Below the pieces are notes generated by a model. That model saw nothing but the letters and a program-made list of their open reading frames with translations, was not told the origin of the DNA and searched no databases. 64,000 bases of DNA from Antedon mediterranea (lineage: Eukaryota > Animalia > Echinodermata), in assembly GCF_964355755.1 (NCBI RefSeq), contig NC_092670.1, positions 28,508,388 through 28,572,387 on the forward strand, written 5' to 3'. Each line of letters starts with the position of its first letter. Position 1 is the first letter of the stretch. Positions 61,215-64,000 of the stretch are shown here, piece after piece. The translations under genes were made by a program, and so were the position numbers.

Positions 61215-64000
61215 TTTTTCTATCTCTCTCTCGCTGATTTATTTCTCTCTCGCTGATCTATCTCTCTCTCGCTGATCTTTCTCTCTCGCTGATCTATCTC
61301 TCTCTCGCTGATCTATCTCTCTCTCGCTGATCTATCTATCTCTCTCTCGCTGATCTTGCTCTCTCTCGCTGGTCTATCTCTCTGTCGCTGATCCATCTCT
61401 CTCGCTGATCTATCTCTCTCTCGCTGATCTATCTCTCTCTCTCGCTCATCTATCTCTCTCTCGCTGATCTAGCTCTCTCGCTGATCTATCTCTCTCTCTC
61501 GCTGATCTATCTCTCTCTTTCCCCAGCTGATATATCTCTCTCTCGCTGATCTATCTCTCTCGCTGATCTATCTCTCTCGCTGATCTATCTCTCTCTCTCG
61601 CTGATCTATCTCTCTCTCGCTGATCAATCTCTCTCTCTCGCTGATCTATCTCTCTCTCGCTGATCTGTCTCTCTCTCGCTGATCTATCTCTCTCTCGCTG
61701 ATCTATCTCTCTCTCTCTCGCTGATCTATCTCTTCTCACTGATCTATCTCTCACTCTCGCTGATCTATCTCTCTCTCGCTGATCTATCTCTCTCTCGCTG
61801 ATCTATCTCTCTCTCGCTGATCTATCTCGCTCTCGCTGATCTATCTCTCTCTCGCTGATCTTTCTCTCTCGCTGAACTATCTCTCTCTCGCTGATCTATC
61901 TCTCTCTCGCTGATCTATCTCTCTCGCTGATCTATCTCTCTCTCTCGCTGATCTATCTCTCTCTTGCTAATCCATCTCTCTCTCGCTGATCTATCTCTCT
62001 CTCGCTGATCTATCTCTCTCTGATCTATCTCTCTCTCGCTGATCTATCTCTCTATCGCTGATCTATCTCTCTCTCGCTGATCTATCTCTCTCTCGCTGAT
62101 CTATCTCTCTCTCTCGCTGATCTATCTCTCTCGCTGATCTATCTCTCTCGCTGATCTATCTCTCTCTCGCTGATCTATCTCTCTCTCGCTGATCTATCTC
62201 TCTCTCTCTCTCTCGCTGATCTATCTCTCTCTCTCTCTCTCTCTCGCTGATCTATCTCTCTCTCTCGCTGATCTATCTCTCTCTCTCGCTGATCTATATC
62301 TCTCTCTCTCTCGCTGATCTATCTCTCTCTCTCTCTCTCTCTCTCGCTGATCTATCTCTCTCTCTCTCGCTGATCTATCTCTCTCTCGCTGATATATCTG
62401 TCTCTCTCGCTGATCTATCTCTCTCTCGCTGATATATCTCTCTATCTCTCGCTGATCTGTCTCTCTCTCTCTCGCTGATCTATCTCTCTATCGCTGATCT
62501 ATCTCTCTCTCGCTGATCTATCTCTCTCTAGCTGATCTATCTCTCTCTCGCTGATCTATCTCTCTCGCTGATCTATCTCTCTCGCTGATCTATCTCTCTC
62601 TTGCTGATCTATCTCTCTCTCGCTGATCAATCTCTCTCTCTCGCTGATCTATCTCTCTCTCGCTGATCTATCTCTCTCTCTCGCTGATCTATCTCTCTCT
62701 CGCTGATCTATCTCTCTCTCTCTCTCGCTGATCTATCTCTTCTCACTGATCTATCTCTCTCTCTCGCTGATCTATCTCTCTCTCGCTGATCTATCTCTCT
62801 CTCGCTGATCTATCTCTCTCTCGCTGATCTATCTCGCTCTCGCTGATCTATCTCTCTCTCGCTGATCTTTCTCTCTCGCTGATCTATCTCTCTCTCGCTG
62901 ATCTATCTCTCTCTCGCTGATCTATCTCTCTCGCTGATCTATCTCTCTCTCTCGCTGATCTATCTCTCTCTCGCTAATCCATCTCTCTCTCGCTGATCTA
63001 TCTCTCTCTCGCTGATCTATCTCTCTCTGATCTATCTCTCTCTCGCTGATCTATCTCTCTATCGCTGATCTATCTCTCACTCGCTGATCTATCTCTCTCT
63101 CGCTGATCTATCTCTCTCTCGCTGATCTATCTCTCTCGCTGATCTATCTCTCTCGCTGATCTATCTCTCTCTCGCTGATCTATCTCTCTCTCGCTGATCT
63201 ATCTCTCTCTTTCGCTGATCTATCTCTCTCTCGCTGATCTATCTCTCTCTCGCTGATCTATCTCTCTCTTGCTGATCTATCTCTCTCTCTCGCTGATCTA
63301 TCTCTCTCTACCTGATCTATCTCTCTGTCGCTGATCTATCTCTCTCTCGCTGATCTATCTCTATCTCGCTGATCTATCTCTCTCTCGCTGATCTATCTCT
63401 CTCTCGCTGATCTATCTCTCTCTCTCTCTCTCTCGCTGATCTATCTCTCTCTCTCGCTGATCTATCTCTCTTTCACTGATCTATCTCTCTCTCGCTGATC
63501 TATCTCTCTCTCGCTGATCTATCTCTCTCTCGCTGATCTATCTCTCTCTCGCTGATCTTTCTCTCTCTCGCTGATCTATCTCTCTCTCACTGATCTATCT
63601 CTCTCTCGCTGATCTATCTCTTTCTCTCTCGCTGGTCTATCTCTCTCTCGCTGATCTATCTCTCTCTCGCGGATCTATCTCCTATCGCTGATCTATCTCT
63701 CTCTCGCTGATCTATCTCCCTCGCTGATATATCTCTCTCTCGCTGATCTATCTCTTTGTTGCTGATCTACCTCTCTCTCGCTGATCTATCTCTTTCTCGC
63801 TGATCTATCTCTCTCTCGCTGATCTATCTCTCTCTCGCTGATCTATCTCTCTCGCTGATCTATCTCTCTCTCGCTGATCTATCTCTCTCTCTCGCTGTTC
63901 TATCTCTCTCTCGCTGATCTATCGCTCTCTCGCTGATCTATCTCTCTCTCGCTGATCTATCTCTCTCTCGCTGATCTATCTCTCTCTCGCTGATCTATCT
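61215..64000 (-). repeat. GCTGATCTA(TC)n minisatellite (inverse of GATAGATCAGC(GA)n), runs off window end
   Basis: Well over 100 units of ~18-30 bp. Confidence 0.97.

Noticed and set aside
61215-64000. Telomeric repeat
   Set aside because: Variable-length units, no TTAGG(G)-like motif, and the same repeat occurs internally.

Overview
AT-rich eukaryotic (animal-like) heterochromatin made entirely of repeats; no host protein-coding gene is supported. The backbone has four parts: an 88-bp satellite with higher-order structure (+ at 1-7080, - at 18564-46414), a ~258-bp satellite carrying a tRNA-like Pol III cassette that flips orientation at ~17322, a GATCAGC/(GA)n minisatellite that flips orientation across 55-57 kb, and a ~186-bp satellite. 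Retroelements inserted into it are an apparently intact Ngaro-type tyrosine-recombinase retrotransposon (with a Harbinger MITE inside), a decayed full-length L2 LINE (interrupted by a Helitron), a truncated SCAN-Gag Ty3/Gypsy element and a probable retroposon 3' fragment. DNA transposons are a Sola3-like element, two copies of a Chapaev-like CAC..GTG transposon with RAG1/Transib-like transposase remnants (one copy carries a piggyBac MITE), and an unclassified 4-bp-TSD element. Best leads: an RNase H1-type RNA:DNA hybrid-binding domain at the N-terminus of the L2 ORF1; asymmetric bipartite (RSS-like) ends on the Chapaev-like element; and the tRNA-like Pol III array sitting at the inversion centre between opposed satellite arms. 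All family calls come from reading motifs and termini by eye; no searches were run.
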